DNA of 64,000 nucleotides from Tubiluchus corallicola (GCA_030141605.1 JAQGDQ010000762.1:1-64000); one strand, 5' to 3'. Positions 37,601-50,158 are shown, counted from the first letter of the stretch. Notes: generated by a model not told the origin, from the sequence alone. Program-made: numbers and translations.

Positions 37601-39485
37601 CTCGTCTCACTGTTTGTCTGTTGGCGTGATTTAATTTGTACTTGTTAATAAAATTGTTCTATTCATGTCTATACTATATAAAATTAATCTTGATATTTTT
37701 CCATTAAATAATAGCATTATTGTACAGGAACTGAATGAGCTTTGACACAGACTTTGGTTGACAGTTTTGGCTGGCGAGTTATTTTTCAATATTCAGCTTT
37801 AGTAACGATGACAGAGAACATTCATTTTGCTCCCTTGTCACCCTGTCTCCACAGAAGCATCTAAAACATCAAGTACCATGAATTACAAAAAATACGTTAC
37901 TACATAAAACATGTTACAGCCCCGTTATAGTTACAATACTTCACCTGGTCTATGTCTAGCCTTTGTACAGCTTTCTGTAAATATCTCACACCACCATGTA
38001 TCAACTTTGTTGATCTGCTACTGGTTCCTGAAGAGAAATCGTGCTTTTCGACCAGAGCTGTTTTTAAACCTAGAAAAAATATTAATGAAATTTATGTTAC
38101 CTGTTTTTGGTAACTCAGTAAGAAATTAGAAAAGCTAATTAGAAAACTATATTAGGGCATAAATGAAAGCAATGCATAAAATCTGCCTAAGACCACTTCA
38201 AATATCTGCCGATCCAATTGCAATGAATTTGTTTTGTTAAACTAAAGCTAAAAAAGCCACAGTACTTGCACTATAAAAGTTTTCACCTCGACTAACAGAA
38301 TCGAGAGCTACTCCACATCCTGTAGCACCCCCACCAATGACGAGTATGTCAAACTCTTCAGTGCTTTGCAGAGAAGCCAGCTGCTCACTTCGAGTTGGTA
38401 AAGCATCTGTCAGTCTTTGATTAAGTGTATTATCCACAGCTAGCACCTTTTTGGGCTTCTGAGAATGAAAATTACATTCAAATTTGCTGCTAAGTATAAG
38501 GATGTCTAAAAAAATTTATACCTATAAACCAATCAAAGAATTAGATCATAAATGTTTCGATATGAAAAACATCAATTAAAGGGCAAACAACAGGTGTTGA
38601 AAAATAGCTGCACACTATTTTAAGTCAGTCATTGATTTATCGAGTAATGAACAGTAACAGTCTCAGAGGTTCCCAAAGTTATAAATGATAACTTGGTGAC
38701 AAATGATCAATACCAGAATATTAGTATTCGAGGTACAGTTAGCAGGTGTCATGTTTATTTAACAGATCAGCAATATTAAAATGTATAAAAGTAGTTACAA
38801 TCATTAAATAATTTAATGCTGGCTTTTCATAAACTTTATATTGTGTGTTCAACCTATGCCTGTCACAAAGCCATCTTCTCCTGTGTACAAGCTAGCCTGC
38901 TTGATGTTATAGTCTTGTAATATTTTGTGTGATCAATGTTAAGCATTATTAAACTGTGACAATCAAAGCAGAAGCTGACAGTGTGAACAGCAACATTGCA
39001 GCCATTTTCAAATGTTGGTATTTTATGCTGGCCACAAATGTATCTGTCTGTTTTGTCTTTTTTTACATTACTTGTTTGCCAAATACTTACACAATAACAA
39101 ATTTATGAAGATTTTTTTTCAAACAGTTAGCACAGTGCACCATAATAAACATAATGGTTTTATTCAGTTTTTAACTTAATTTACTAAGATGTTTCAGTAT
39201 GGCATTTCGATTTCATAAACTAAACCGTTATTTCGAAAATTAATGTTTTCTGTTCTGACGTACATCCATTTTCCAGTTTATTATTTGCTGTATTTTTTTT
39301 GTACTTATTAATTATTATTCGTTGCAAACAACATGTATAATATTGCACATAAGAAATGGTAAAGTCGTTATCTAATTTCTTACTTCAGAATTACTTTTTA
39401 TGTACATAATTCCTGCAGAAGTCCCAGTAACAGCCAATGCTACACCAGCCACTCGCCTTATAACTCGACGAGAAGCCATTTTCAT
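22652..39485 (-). CDS. GPD2: Mitochondrial FAD-dependent glycerol-3-phosphate dehydrogenase, 722 aa
   Basis: 15 GT-AG coding exons with consistent phases: 39485-39384, 38458-38287, 38069-37945, 36238-36141, 35517-35354, 33960-33799, 33447-33303, 32893-32700, 32101-31967, 30559-30378, 29789-29658, 29002-28844, 24845-24660, 23880-23782, 22765-22652 (2169 nt). Motifs: Arg-rich presequence [17 protein letters not shown]-binding [42 protein letters not shown], two EF-hand-like loops, C-terminal NRSGGGV*. Confidence 0.96.
25800..26490 (-). mobile_element. 3' end of a decayed non-LTR retrotransposon in GPD2 intron 12
   Basis: Minus-strand fragments [35 protein letters not shown] and the C-terminal zinc knuckle [24 protein letters not shown], typical of LINE ORF2 C-termini. 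Confidence 0.75.
26500..27283. mobile_element. Non-autonomous interspersed repeat (possibly Helitron/Helentron-like), copy 1
   Basis: GC-richer block that starts after a (TTA)n/T tract. It shares an alignable core with 34860-35025 (ttcct(c)ctacagttttt...tatgtggct/catgtagct...attttccgctaggggg/ttttcactagtggg caaaa). Class assignment is inference only. Confidence 0.45.
30917..31546. mobile_element. Old MITE-like element with degenerate long TIRs in GPD2 intron 9
   Basis: Left end gtcataatcc...tgtaagtcataatccatggtaggctcc...aagacgttttgc aligns with the reverse complement of the right end gcaaaacgtctt...ggcgccttccatggattacaacttgca...gattatggc. Confidence 0.5.
34299..34322. repeat. (TA)n microsatellite
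   Basis: Uninterrupted atatat... run visible directly. Confidence 0.85.
34470..35120. mobile_element. Non-autonomous interspersed repeat, copy 2 of the family at 26500-27283
   Basis: Internal degenerate tandem unit (aataact...agct.ga.tca.gaaacttgca...gaatggtgacct, twice) plus the core shared with 26660-26820. Confidence 0.45.
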
Positions 39486-40099
39486 TGCTCCACAGCCTAA
39501 AAGTTAAAAACAATAAACAATGTTATAATTACAAATGTAATAGTAGCTCAAGTTCTTAATTTGTAGCCTTTTTGAAAAAGTTGATGCACCTACTGACAAT
39601 TTTACCACCTTAGGCTTAAATAAAATTACATGAGCATATACAATAGTCATCACTTAATGTACTCACTTTGAGAATCTATGTTTTCGCTAGCACACAACCC
39701 AATGGCATGTATTAGCCTAAATGGCTGACAAAATGCATATGTCATTATGGTAACATGGCTGTATCTTGCTAATGTGCAAAAGTACCAAAGTCTTAATGTG
39801 GGAATGAAGAATTTCACAGGACAGGACTGGTCCACTAATCCACCAAATTCATTTGGTTCATTTGGTTTTACATTTGCAAAAATGCAAGCTGATCAGTGAC
39901 AGCGTGGTGCAATAATAGTAGAATAATCCATTCATAGGATGAAAGTGACAATTTATGCTACTGTTAATTTCAGTTTAAGTTCATTTCTTTGTCTCGCTGC
40001 ACTTAGTCAGAGCAAAATGAGAAGCAACTAACAAAAAATGCTAAAATCAACTCAGCGACAGACAAATTTACATCTGCGGGAAACTCATTTTTATTAATT

Positions 40100-41700
40100 T
40101 GATACAGCATGAAGAGCCTCATAATATTTTTAATGGATCAGATATTGAATGCTTACTTCACTACAGATATCTGAAGAAATAGTTGTTGATCATATTCGGA
40201 AGTTTAAACTCAATAAAGCTTGTCCTGGTCCTGAAAATTTTGGTTCTAGACTATTAATTGAACTTGTAGACTCTTTATGTAAGCCATTCACTTTATTGTA
40301 TAATCAAAATTTGCTAACTCATCAAGTACCTCATAGCTGGAAGTTAGCCAATGTAACACCTATTTTTAAGAAAAGCATTCGTAGTGATCCTGGTACTTAT
40401 CGGCCTATTTCTTTAAGTTCATTAGTACGTAAAGTCATGAAATCTATTTTGCAGAGTTATATCATAGATCATTTGGAAAATAAAATTATTATTTGACTCA
40501 AAACATGGATTCACTAAAGGCTGTTCTTGCTTGACCAATCTGATGTTTTTTCGAAGATGTCACTGCTATGCACGATCAAGGAAGTCCTGTTTATTATGAT
40601 TTCGCCAAGGCTTTTGATAACTGCTTATCGAAGACTGCCTAAAAAGATTAAAGCCAATGGTGTTTCAGGAGATATCATCAGCCGGATTGAAGATTGTTTG
40701 GAAGAAAACAACGTGTCGTATTTGATGGTATGGAATATTCTGAAAGGTTGGCGACAAGTGGTATTCCACAGAGATCGGTACTCGGACCGGTGTTGTTCGC
40801 CATTTTCATTAATGATATAGATAATGACATTTCCACTCATATTTTAAAATTTGCAGATGGTACAAAATTGTATAACCCAATTAACTCTGTTGCGGATTCA
40901 TCAGTTTTACAGCATGATAATGAACAACTATGTAGGTGGAGTATTGATTGGCAAATGTTTTATTTAATGTTAATAAATGTGAGGTAATGCATTGCGGTTT
41001 TGGGTCTCTTAAATGTGATTATGTTATGAATGGAACAACTCTTCAAAGTACGAATAGTAAAAATGATCTTGGTGTAATAATAACATCAGACTTGAAATTT
41101 TCCCAGCAATGTGTATCCTCTGTTAAGAAAGCAAACAAGATTTTGGGGATGATAAAGCGGCACATCGTTTCTGGATTAAAGAAATTGTATTGAAATTATA
41201 TATTGGTTTGGTTAGACCTCATCTAGAATACTGTGTGCAGCTTTGGAATCCCCATTATCAGCAAGATATATTGCTTATGGAAAGTGTACAAAAGCGTACT
41301 ACAAGAATAATATTAGGTTGTAAAATCTGACATATTTGGAAAGAATAAAATATTGCAGTTTGACCACGCTTTAATTAAGAAAACACCGTGGAGATCTTAT
41401 TAAAGTTTATAAAATATTAACTAGAAAAGAAAACATTTTGCCCGAAAAATTCTTTAATTTAGTTATTGATTCTAAAACTAGAGGACATAATGTAAAACTG
41501 TTTAAAAACAGGTCTTGACAGTCGTAAATATTCATTTTCTGTGAGAGTTGTGAATGAATGAAATAATCTGCCTGCCATGGTGATTGCCGCACCAACCACA
41601 GTAAAATTTAAATCCTTAATCGTCAATTATTTTGCGGAAAAGATGGGGTTTCTATGAGTGTACTCGCTTAACCCCAAATCATGACAGTATACCTAAATAA
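40100..41700 (+). mobile_element. 5'-truncated, decayed CR1-type LINE (RT region to 3' end) upstream of the GPD2 start exon
   Basis: Motifs KACPGPENF..RLLIEL, VPHSWKLANVTPIFKK..DPGTYRPISLSS, GIPQRSVLGPVLFAIFINDID, KFADGTKLY, FNVNKCEVMH, LVRPHLEYCVQLWNP, TRGHNVKLFK. Frameshifted. A short GGGGTT..AACCCC hairpin lies at the 3' end (41645-41675). Confidence 0.9.
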
Positions 41701-42590
41701 ACCTGTTAGCGGCCATCATAAATAATGACGTCACTAAACGAGATTCGGAATATCAGAGTGCACCAATGTAATGCGTGCCTTTACTGTGCGCACATCGCTC
41801 ACAAAATGACAAAGATTGACAAAGGATGATTTATTTATGTTGAATATTGTAATAGATCGTGGCGCTAACGATACGATCCGGAAGATAGTATCTATGTGTT
41901 ATTCCTTGTACGGTGGATAGTGTCAGGTTTGCTCAAAAACCCAAGCGTCTTGCTGCCATTGTAGGAGTCTAGGATCAGTATATTTCTCCATATATTACTG
42001 CTTTCTACATTTTGTAGAAATAACTCGGAATTGAATGAAACGTGCCCCATCCGATTTAAGTGCAGCTAAGCAAAAACAGTTTTTATATTCATTTTGAAGG
42101 TATATTTTTCCACTTTATAAGTCTAAAAATTACACTAATATGACGAAGCACTTACCGCCGGCGCCGCCAATGCATTTTCGTGTATCTAAATGATTTTGGA
42201 ATCTGGGGGCCTAAAATGAAATCTAAATTCTGGTACAGACCTTCCTCAAACATGAAAAATGCATATATAAGCCTATTTGAGGCACATTTTTCTATAGGTG
42301 ATCGGTAATTTAAGTTAAAATATCGCCCATGAGTCATAACTAAAATTTTGTTGCCGTAGAAGTTTATCAAAACTCGCGCAATCTTCTTTTTTTCAGGTGT
42401 TTAATTACCAAAAAATTATGGCGAATTAACTTGGAGTCGTAAACTGGATGAAAGTTCCCCAGTTTAGGGTCTATTTACACGGTACATTTTGTGACTTGTA
42501 AGCTTTAATTGCGATTTATGACTCAAGTGTTCGACGCATGGACAAGACGCATGTAGTAATTTCTTGCGACATCGCAAGCAGGACCCAAGA

Positions 42591-42620
42591 ACCAATCAGA
42601 TAAATGAGACAGGTCACGTG
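42591..42620. promoter_or_regulatory. CCAAT box plus E-box, candidate GPD2 promoter element
   Basis: ACCAATCAG at 42591 and GTCACGTG at 42613-42620, in a locally CpG-richer stretch upstream of a minus-strand GTAAG donor at 42155. Motif-level evidence only. Confidence 0.3.
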
Positions 42621-43189
42621 TGTTCTTCTAATAAAACGAATAGAACAGAGATATCAGGACGGCATCCCCTGTAGACTTGCGGCAACAGTGGCATTGATTA
42701 ATCAGCATCTGACAATGTGGGATTTAACTTCATTAATTGTTTAAGTTTTCTTTTTTTATATAAATCATTCAATAAAATTTCGGTTATGAAAACACCATTA
42801 TGATTTAAACTCAGCATATAAATCGTAATTTAAATAATTAACGATGGTTTTTACTGATACTAATTTTCATTTACAGGATACCAGTTTAACAATAAGAGTA
42901 GTGATTATTCAGAAACTGATTTCTACTTCGTGAATTAATAAATTATGTAGCTTGCTAAGACAGTTTCGATTTCTTTTATAAAATTTAAGTGCTCTGTACA
43001 TGTAAATACTATCTTGCCAGTCTATCTGCAAATATGCTACACATCGTAAGAAACACTAGCTAGTTAGGCAGAAGGAAAATAAAAACCTAAATTGGAGACA
43101 ACAAAAGCTGATGTAAACACTATAAGAGAAAAGAATCAAAAAGTAATCAAAATCCTCTTATCAATTAGATGACTACTGGCCGTTGCCCT

Positions 43190-43545
43190 TGTTGATTTAA
43201 TAATAATTGAAAACATCAGCCGTTGAAAAATTTATTATACATCTGATAAAATAAAACAATCTTATTCTGAGCTAGTAGAATGGCCAATATTAAATTTGGC
43301 TTCGTTATTAATCTTTTTTGAGGTGAAATAAGCCAGCTGTTTAGGCGATTCCAACATTTGCTTAATGTGTATCATTTTTTATTTTGTCTCGCTTCACAGA
43401 CGGGTGATCAGTTTCACTACTTCTTGGACAAATAATTGTTTTCTACTAAGTAAATAGGCTCGCGAGCTAGTGCCCTACGTAGTTTCTCTGTTTAAAGATT
43501 AAATACTTAGTTTAATGCTATCTATATATTAATTCTACTGGTATG

Positions 43546-43589
<44 letters not shown>

Positions 43590-43930
43590 CATACGGGTGA
43601 TCAGTTTATATATATATATATATATATAAGATTCGAGGCTACAGCTCCGACGACGGCATCATTTGCGGCGATCTATACATCAAACGAAAGGACTCGATCT
43701 ACTGATGACATTATTGTAAAAAATACATTTGTAAATTGTCAAGAATTATCCACCATTATTATAAAGTTGCTTTTTTTCTAAAACAAATTTTGTTTTGTTT
43801 TATTATGTCATAATTCTTGAAATCGACAAAAATCGCCAGTGCCCTACTTGGCTGCCCATGAAGTCACTGCTTTTCCGTAAATTTAGCACATGCGCTTTAG
43901 CGGAAGTGTCCACTTGGGCTAGTGGCGTAC
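43190..43930. mobile_element. Older, degenerate copy of the TIR element at 43984-44932
   Basis: 43190-43480 aligns with 44129-44465, and 43480-43870 with 44610-44880, in the same orientation. Terminal repeats are decayed and a (TA)n tract interrupts the copy. Confidence 0.7.
43547..43628. repeat. Interrupted (TA)n microsatellite
   Basis: Two TA runs separated by ACATACGGGTGATCAGTT. Confidence 0.9.
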
Positions 43931-43983
43931 TCCGCGCTCTACAGCCTATAAATATGGACAATCGACTAATCTAGCAAAATGAC

Positions 43984-44932
43984 CACTGTGTTGGGAGCCG
44001 TTTGGACCACTGCGCCAAGTAGACCAATTGGTCTACTTGGGCTAGCCCAAGTAGACCGCGGTCTACTTGGGCGTGTAGGACACTAGAGACAGGTCGTGAA
44101 TTCAGTCGTTAAGTGTACTGACACCGTCCGTTGTGCTTGTTTATGTAATAATAATAATTAAAAACGTTAATACACGTTGAATAATTTATTATACATCTAA
44201 TAAAATAAAAGAATTTTATTCTGAGCTGGTAGAACGGACAATATTAAATTTGGTTTCGATATTAATGTTGTTGAAGTGAAAAAACCCCACTTTTTTGCGA
44301 ATTCAACATTTGTTTAAGGTATATCATTTTTGATTTTGTCTCACTTCACAAACAGGTGATCCGATTCACTACCTCTTGGGCAAATAATTGTTTTCTTATA
44401 AGTAAACGTTCTAGCGATCTATATGTCCTACATGGGCTAGCGAGCCATGTAGGACAGTGCCCTACATGTTACAATACTACTGATAATATTAAAACTAATT
44501 ATCCTTGCTTTTCTTAAATGTTAAAAATTACTTTTTGATGTTGTGAAGGCTTAGCAGCAGCTATCTCATTTTTAAATTTGCAATTATTTCTGTAATAACT
44601 GTGTGCAGAATTTCTCTCTTTAAAGCATTAGATACTAGGTTTAATGTTATGATATATTAATGGAGTTAATCATAATGATGAAATTATTGTAAGAAATGCA
44701 TTTGTAAATTGCCAAGGAATATCCATTTCTAAAAGAAATTTTGTTTTATGCTTTATTATGTCATAACAATACTTATAAACAATGGTAATATAAACTGGAA
44801 ACAAGTTTTGCCAGAGCAAGTTTCTCGACAAAAATCGTTAGTGTCCTACTTGGGCTGCCCATGTAGGACACTACTTTTAGCGCATCAAGTGGTCTACTTG
44901 GCGCAGTGGTCCAAACGGCTCCCAACACACTG
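43984..44932. mobile_element. Non-autonomous TIR element (MITE; CACTA/EnSpm-like by architecture)
   Basis: Perfect 40-bp TIR TGTGTTGGGAGCCGTTTGGACCACTGCGCCAAGTAGACCA at 43987-44026 and 44890-44929. The left end reads CACTG. Subterminal palindromic repeats of CCAAGTAGACC. No coding capacity and no clear TSD. Confidence 0.85.
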
Positions 44933-45320
44933 ATAAGTTTATAACTTCCGTGGTGTGATGCAGAATCTAACTTCAGAGTGTTTTTCAAACTTACCGCCGT
45001 TTTATTCTTCGTGAGAATTTTTAGCTATAATAAATGCACAGTGGTTTGGTCTGTTGATTGCAATAGGTATATCTAGTTGGACGTACTAGTTAAGACTTTT
45101 CGTGATGTAACAGCTATGTTCGTTATTCGTAATTAGCCCAATTCCACTGTGCCCGTGCATTTTTGTTTGCTTTTTGTTTTCGCCATTATCGACTACCAAA
45201 TGCATACTACTTCTAATTAAGTGTGAAATAGCATCCATCCAGCACTTCAGATCAGTTATAGACATTGAGTGAAAATTGAAGTGTGACCTCAAGAATTCCC
45301 AGTAGAACTAGTCAATAAAA

Positions 45321-46667
45321 ATGATGTGCACAGTTTCAATGTATTATAAATGTACTGCATGTTCTGAATGTTTTATGAATGAGGATACTTTCTTTGCCCA
45401 CACACGTACTTGGCATTGTAAAATTCTCTTGTGTCAGGGACAAAATCCAAGTGAAGAGGATTTAATGTGCAGTTATCTTTCTGTGGAAGCTAACACAAAT
45501 TCTGAACAGACTCAGACAGCATGGCAACCCGGGCAATCATGCTGTGGTAAAAAGCTGGAAGAAAAAAGAGCTATTTCGGGACAGGATTTAGCTACCATAT
45601 GCTGTGTTGCTGTGAAAGAGGAGCCAGATTCGTCATTTAACACAGACAGCAGTAATAAAGATTTGGACCAATTTGGCATTTCTGCCATTACAGAACAGTC
45701 AACGTGGATGCAAGGAAACGTATCTGATGTGAATACAGAAATACAAAATCATGTTGTTGCTTCAGCTAATGTTGATAACAGCTGGTCTTGTAGAGATGTC
45801 ACAGCAGTGTCAGATGATGCACTATTTTCAAGTGGTATTAATATGGAAATTGTAAGTTCTCTTAATAACTTGGAAAAGATACATGCTAATTTTGCAAAAT
45901 TCCAAAGTGAAGATGATGAGATTTCAAAAACAACCAGTAGTTTGATAAGTGAGTGCACTGAAAAGCCAATCTGTTCTACTAAATGTTTTGAAACCAATTA
46001 TGTGACATCTAATATTAGGCCTAACCTAAAGCAAATTTCACATGCTTTTAATAAAAAACCCAAAATTTACAAATGTGATGAGTGTGGGAAAGAATTCTTT
46101 CAAAATTCTCGTTACTGGCAGCATGTTCGTGAGCACAAAGGACTAATTACCAGAGTTCATAAATGTAATGAATGTGGCACCATGTTCACAGATGCTGTGG
46201 AACTCTCTTTTCATCAGAAGCTCCACGGGAGATCTTTTAAGCTTAATGTCTGCAATGTCTGCGGTAGTGGATTTTACTCAACTGATGAGCTGGTGAAGCA
46301 TATTATGACACATACAGTACCAAGTCATCTGCCTGTATTAGCCAAAAAAACATCAGAAGAGACCATTTATGAGCCATCTTACAGAGCTAGGAGGAACAAA
46401 GTTAAACGCCACAGTCTTTCTCCCTATGAATGTGGCATTTGTCAACTAACATTTTGTCATCCTAGAAAGTTAGTGGCTCATTTTAGGTATCACAGTTCAA
46501 GTTCATATAAATGTGAAAAGTGTTTGGTTGCGTTTCAAACTATGGCTGAGTTAATACGGCATAATAAAATTCATACTGGTGACAAACGGTACAAGTGTGA
46601 TGTCTGTGGCGCAGCATTCGTGCAGTCTGGAAACCTACTTCTTCACAAAAGAAAGCACGTCAGATAA
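45321..46667 (+). CDS. C2H2 zinc-finger protein, single coding exon, 448 aa
   Basis: Uninterrupted ORF with one N-terminal C2H2-like finger (YKCTACSECFMNEDTFFAHTRTWH), an acidic Ser-rich spacer containing a VKEE SUMO-consensus motif, and six C-terminal C2H2 fingers, the last two joined by an HTGDKRY linker. Confidence 0.9.
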   Translation: MMCTVSMYYKCTACSECFMNEDTFFAHTRTWHCKILLCQGQNPSEEDLMCSYLSVEANTNSEQTQTAWQPGQSCCGKKLEEKRAISGQDLATICCVAVKEEPDSSFNTDSSNKDLDQFGISAITEQSTWMQGNVSDVNTEIQNHVVASANVDNSWSCRDVTAVSDDALFSSGINMEIVSSLNNLEKIHANFAKFQSEDDEISKTTSSLISECTEKPICSTKCFETNYVTSNIRPNLKQISHAFNKKPKIYKCDECGKEFFQNSRYWQHVREHKGLITRVHKCNECGTMFTDAVELSFHQKLHGRSFKLNVCNVCGSGFYSTDELVKHIMTHTVPSHLPVLAKKTSEETIYEPSYRARRNKVKRHSLSPYECGICQLTFCHPRKLVAHFRYHSSSSYKCEKCLVAFQTMAELIRHNKIHTGDKRYKCDVCGAAFVQSGNLLLHKRKHVR

Positions 46668-49600
46668 TGACATACTGAGTTTAAAGCACAAGAAAATCCT
46701 CTACTTACATAAAGCTTAAAAAATTCATCTTGAAATTTTTACCACTTACATACTGCCTTTTTGCATATTAGACTTGCATGGGCAGTAATGCTGTAAAAAA
46801 CTTGTAAATTTAAACTCCCGCGATGACCGTTAGATGCAGCCATTTTGACGATAAGTCATTTGAAACAAGTTTAGATAACACTGAGTAAAGTTTTAAAAAA
46901 TAATTAGAGCATTCATAGCACACACGTTACTAACTAAGTAATATTTAAATTACTGTATCTTCTCAATAAGATTAAAAAATCCTTTTCTTGGTTAGAGAGT
47001 GGTGCACCCTGGAGGGTGAGTCAGCAACATTTTAAATAATTAATAATTTTCTTTTCTAGTTGCATAACTCTTTCAAGCAGGTAAATGAAATGCTAAGTAA
47101 TATAACTTTGCATGGAAAGTTTTTTGGGACGTATTTTAATACTTCCTTTTCTTCCTCTCACTTACATTGTGCGTATATGACGTCATGTACTGGCACAGTC
47201 GGTACAGTGTCGTGGGAAATTTAAAATGAAAACAAACAAAAAATCCTTTCAGCACGAGCACGTTATAAGCATTAAATTGCTATAAAATAATATAATTTTT
47301 AAAGCGATTTTTCTGAAACTTTAGGTACCCCTTGTCCTTTAAGAAAAAGATTCATCATTGAATCATTTTCTGCATTTTTTCTGAAAGAAGTTCAGCATAA
47401 ATAGCCAGTCTAAGCATTATGCCAGTGTGGACTTCAGGTTAGGCTTCATAAATCTGTTGTTCACAGACTGCAAATAATTAAATTACAAAAAATTGCATTT
47501 CAATGTTCTAGTCAAATACTAAGTATACCGTTTCCAAAACTGGACTTCGGTACGTATCTGTTTTCTGTTACTGTATGTTGCAGGTTATTCTTTGCACTAA
47601 ACTACACCAAATTTTAGGTGATTAATAGAAGACCTGGTTTGACTATGTGTTTAAACATCTCTCACGTTGTATATTAAACTTCTTATTTAAGTGAACAAAA
47701 CTAGCATTTATAGTGAGTAATTGTTGTTCAGTGTTTAGTCTACTGTCTAGTTTACATAATTTGTGATATTGCATTATTCGGCATTTTGTGAAGTTTGAAA
47801 TTAGCTGTATATATGTGGTTCAGTATTCATCAATTATAAATGTAGTTATTGGTGAGCCTGTATTTTTAATCCTATGTAATTTGGTAGAAACTGAATACAT
47901 ATCAGAAAAGTGCTTGTGAACAAACTTCATCTCGGTTATTGAACCCGAAGTTCTTTCCAATTCTAAATACTGTTCCCGAACGGTCAATCCCATCCCATCC
48001 CAACCCTAAACTTTAGAAGTTTATATGGTATTTGAATTTTTAAATGTATATACTTCGGGATTTTGAGGTGTACCAAGAAAAATTAGCCATTTACCAAGTT
48101 ATTCGTCGCTTACATTTCGAGATAACGTATTTAACATGGAGATTTTGTTAACCACACCTGTACCACATGATTGTCAACTGTAAGCTATTTCTTGAAACAC
48201 CTTGTAAAAACACACGATTACCTAATTGCAGCACATTAAGTATAAGCTTCTTAGTCCCCAAAATTGTTACATATTAATTTTAATGTTAAGGATCTGTACA
48301 AAGCATTTATTATAAATATTTGTTTCAATCTATTTATCAGTTGTGCTTGCTTTTAATAATTTAAATAATTTTTTTATTTTTTTAAATTGATTGATTGTAC
48401 AGACTTCTGCTAGTATGATTAGTTTATTCTGGTGCGGTGGGATTTTCCTAAATATCAGAACTTTTATACAAAGGTTTATAAAAGAATGACACATTTTATG
48501 CACATTATTTTGTATGGTTCTTGTCGCACTAGTAAAAATAACTTTCCCATCTAAAATCCATCTAAACACCTTAGCATTACCATTACATCAACAAGGAAGA
48601 CACTTATTGTTATTCTGTTATTATTATTGTTGTTGACAACTGTTTTATATCATTCACAGAATCACCGGGTATTCGTAGCTGGCATTCAGTCAGGCAGTGT
48701 GTATGGGTGCAGAGGTGCACCTGCTCATAGACAAATTTTTTTCCTCTAAAATGCTAGACACTTATATTTTGCTGTTTTTATCTCCATTTAGTAATAATTA
48801 TATATATGGTTCAAGATGTGGAACCCCATTCTGGAACTTCTGGTCCCGACCCGGAACCCCGAAAAATTCCGACCTGAAGCGCAGTTAGCATCCCAAAACC
48901 TGATCCTGTCGCGAACTTCAAACACTCCTAATTGAGACTTGAAACTACTGTACCTTTTATTTTGATAATGAAAGAAAATCCTAATTTGGAAGAAAAGCCA
49001 ACATATGTCAAACAGAGTGTAAAGATATCCTAAAGCCTACCTCAATTTAAAGTAATAATGAATTTAATAAAATTCTAAAGATGTTCATGAGAATTTTAGA
49101 AGAAAATAAATTTAATATGCATCTTTGTATTAATTTGTACCAACAATTGTTTGTGTGCAGTCTTTTCATCTGTTGTTTTATTGAAAACATGCTTACCACA
49201 CACATGCACACATACCAAACTACACATACAAGAATTATTGACTGGTATAGACAATAGCTAGCTAGGATGGAGATTTCTGTAAAGTGATTCTTCTCACAAT
49301 ACACTGCACAAAAAATTTGCAAACTGAAAACCAATAAAAAAGTTTGCTTTCATCACTTGTACCACATTGCAATGCAATGTATGGTTTCACTTAGTTGTTA
49401 TGGACAGTAGTGTCACAGCAGTACACTAGTATGTGAGAAGTCAAACTATGCAATGTTTAAATATTGATAAAAATTAGAGAAATTGTTGTTATAATGCTAG
49501 CAATTTAACTAAAGAAGTTATCTTAAAAATGCTATGCACAACTTAATAAATTTCTATTAGGAAGTATAATGCCTGGGTTGGTCATAAACTTAAGCATGGC

Positions 49601-50158
49601 TTTAGTTTGTAACACATGTTGTAGTGTGGGTCGTACAAGACTTATCTAGTTTTTTCAGTTTATGTTTTGTCAGTAAACGTAATACTGTATCATGTTATAT
49701 CATGATATAGACCAGAGCAAGCTGTAACTGCAACTGTCAATCAGCCACTGGTAGACCATGATATGGCAATACATACTTGACTTTGTTGCTATGCTAATAT
49801 CTGCTAGCAGCTGGTAGTAAACTTCACCGTTATTATGTCATTTATGTGAAGCAGTTACATTGCAGTTCACACAATAGACAGCAGGTTGGCACAAACAGGA
49901 GTCCTGCATTTAAAAGGAAAGGAATAATAGTGGGGCTTGAAAACAAATTTCTAGAACACGTGGAACAGTTGGTTATTGCTTTATATCTGAGTTGGTGTAT
50001 ATCTGAGACTATACTTTAAAATAAATGTGACACTTTTTTAAACTGCAGACAAGAGCTGAAAAGTACTGGTAATTAAATACAGATAAATTTTAGTGAATTT
50101 ATAGTCGATATTGCATTAGCAGGTGTGTAATTCATCAAACGTTCGCAAAAAAATAAGA

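Noticed and set aside
44015-44070. Palindromic repeat array as a CRISPR-like or recombination-site array
   Set aside because: Units alternate in orientation with 2-6-bp spacers, lie within a TIR element in a eukaryotic locus, and no cas or recombinase gene is nearby.
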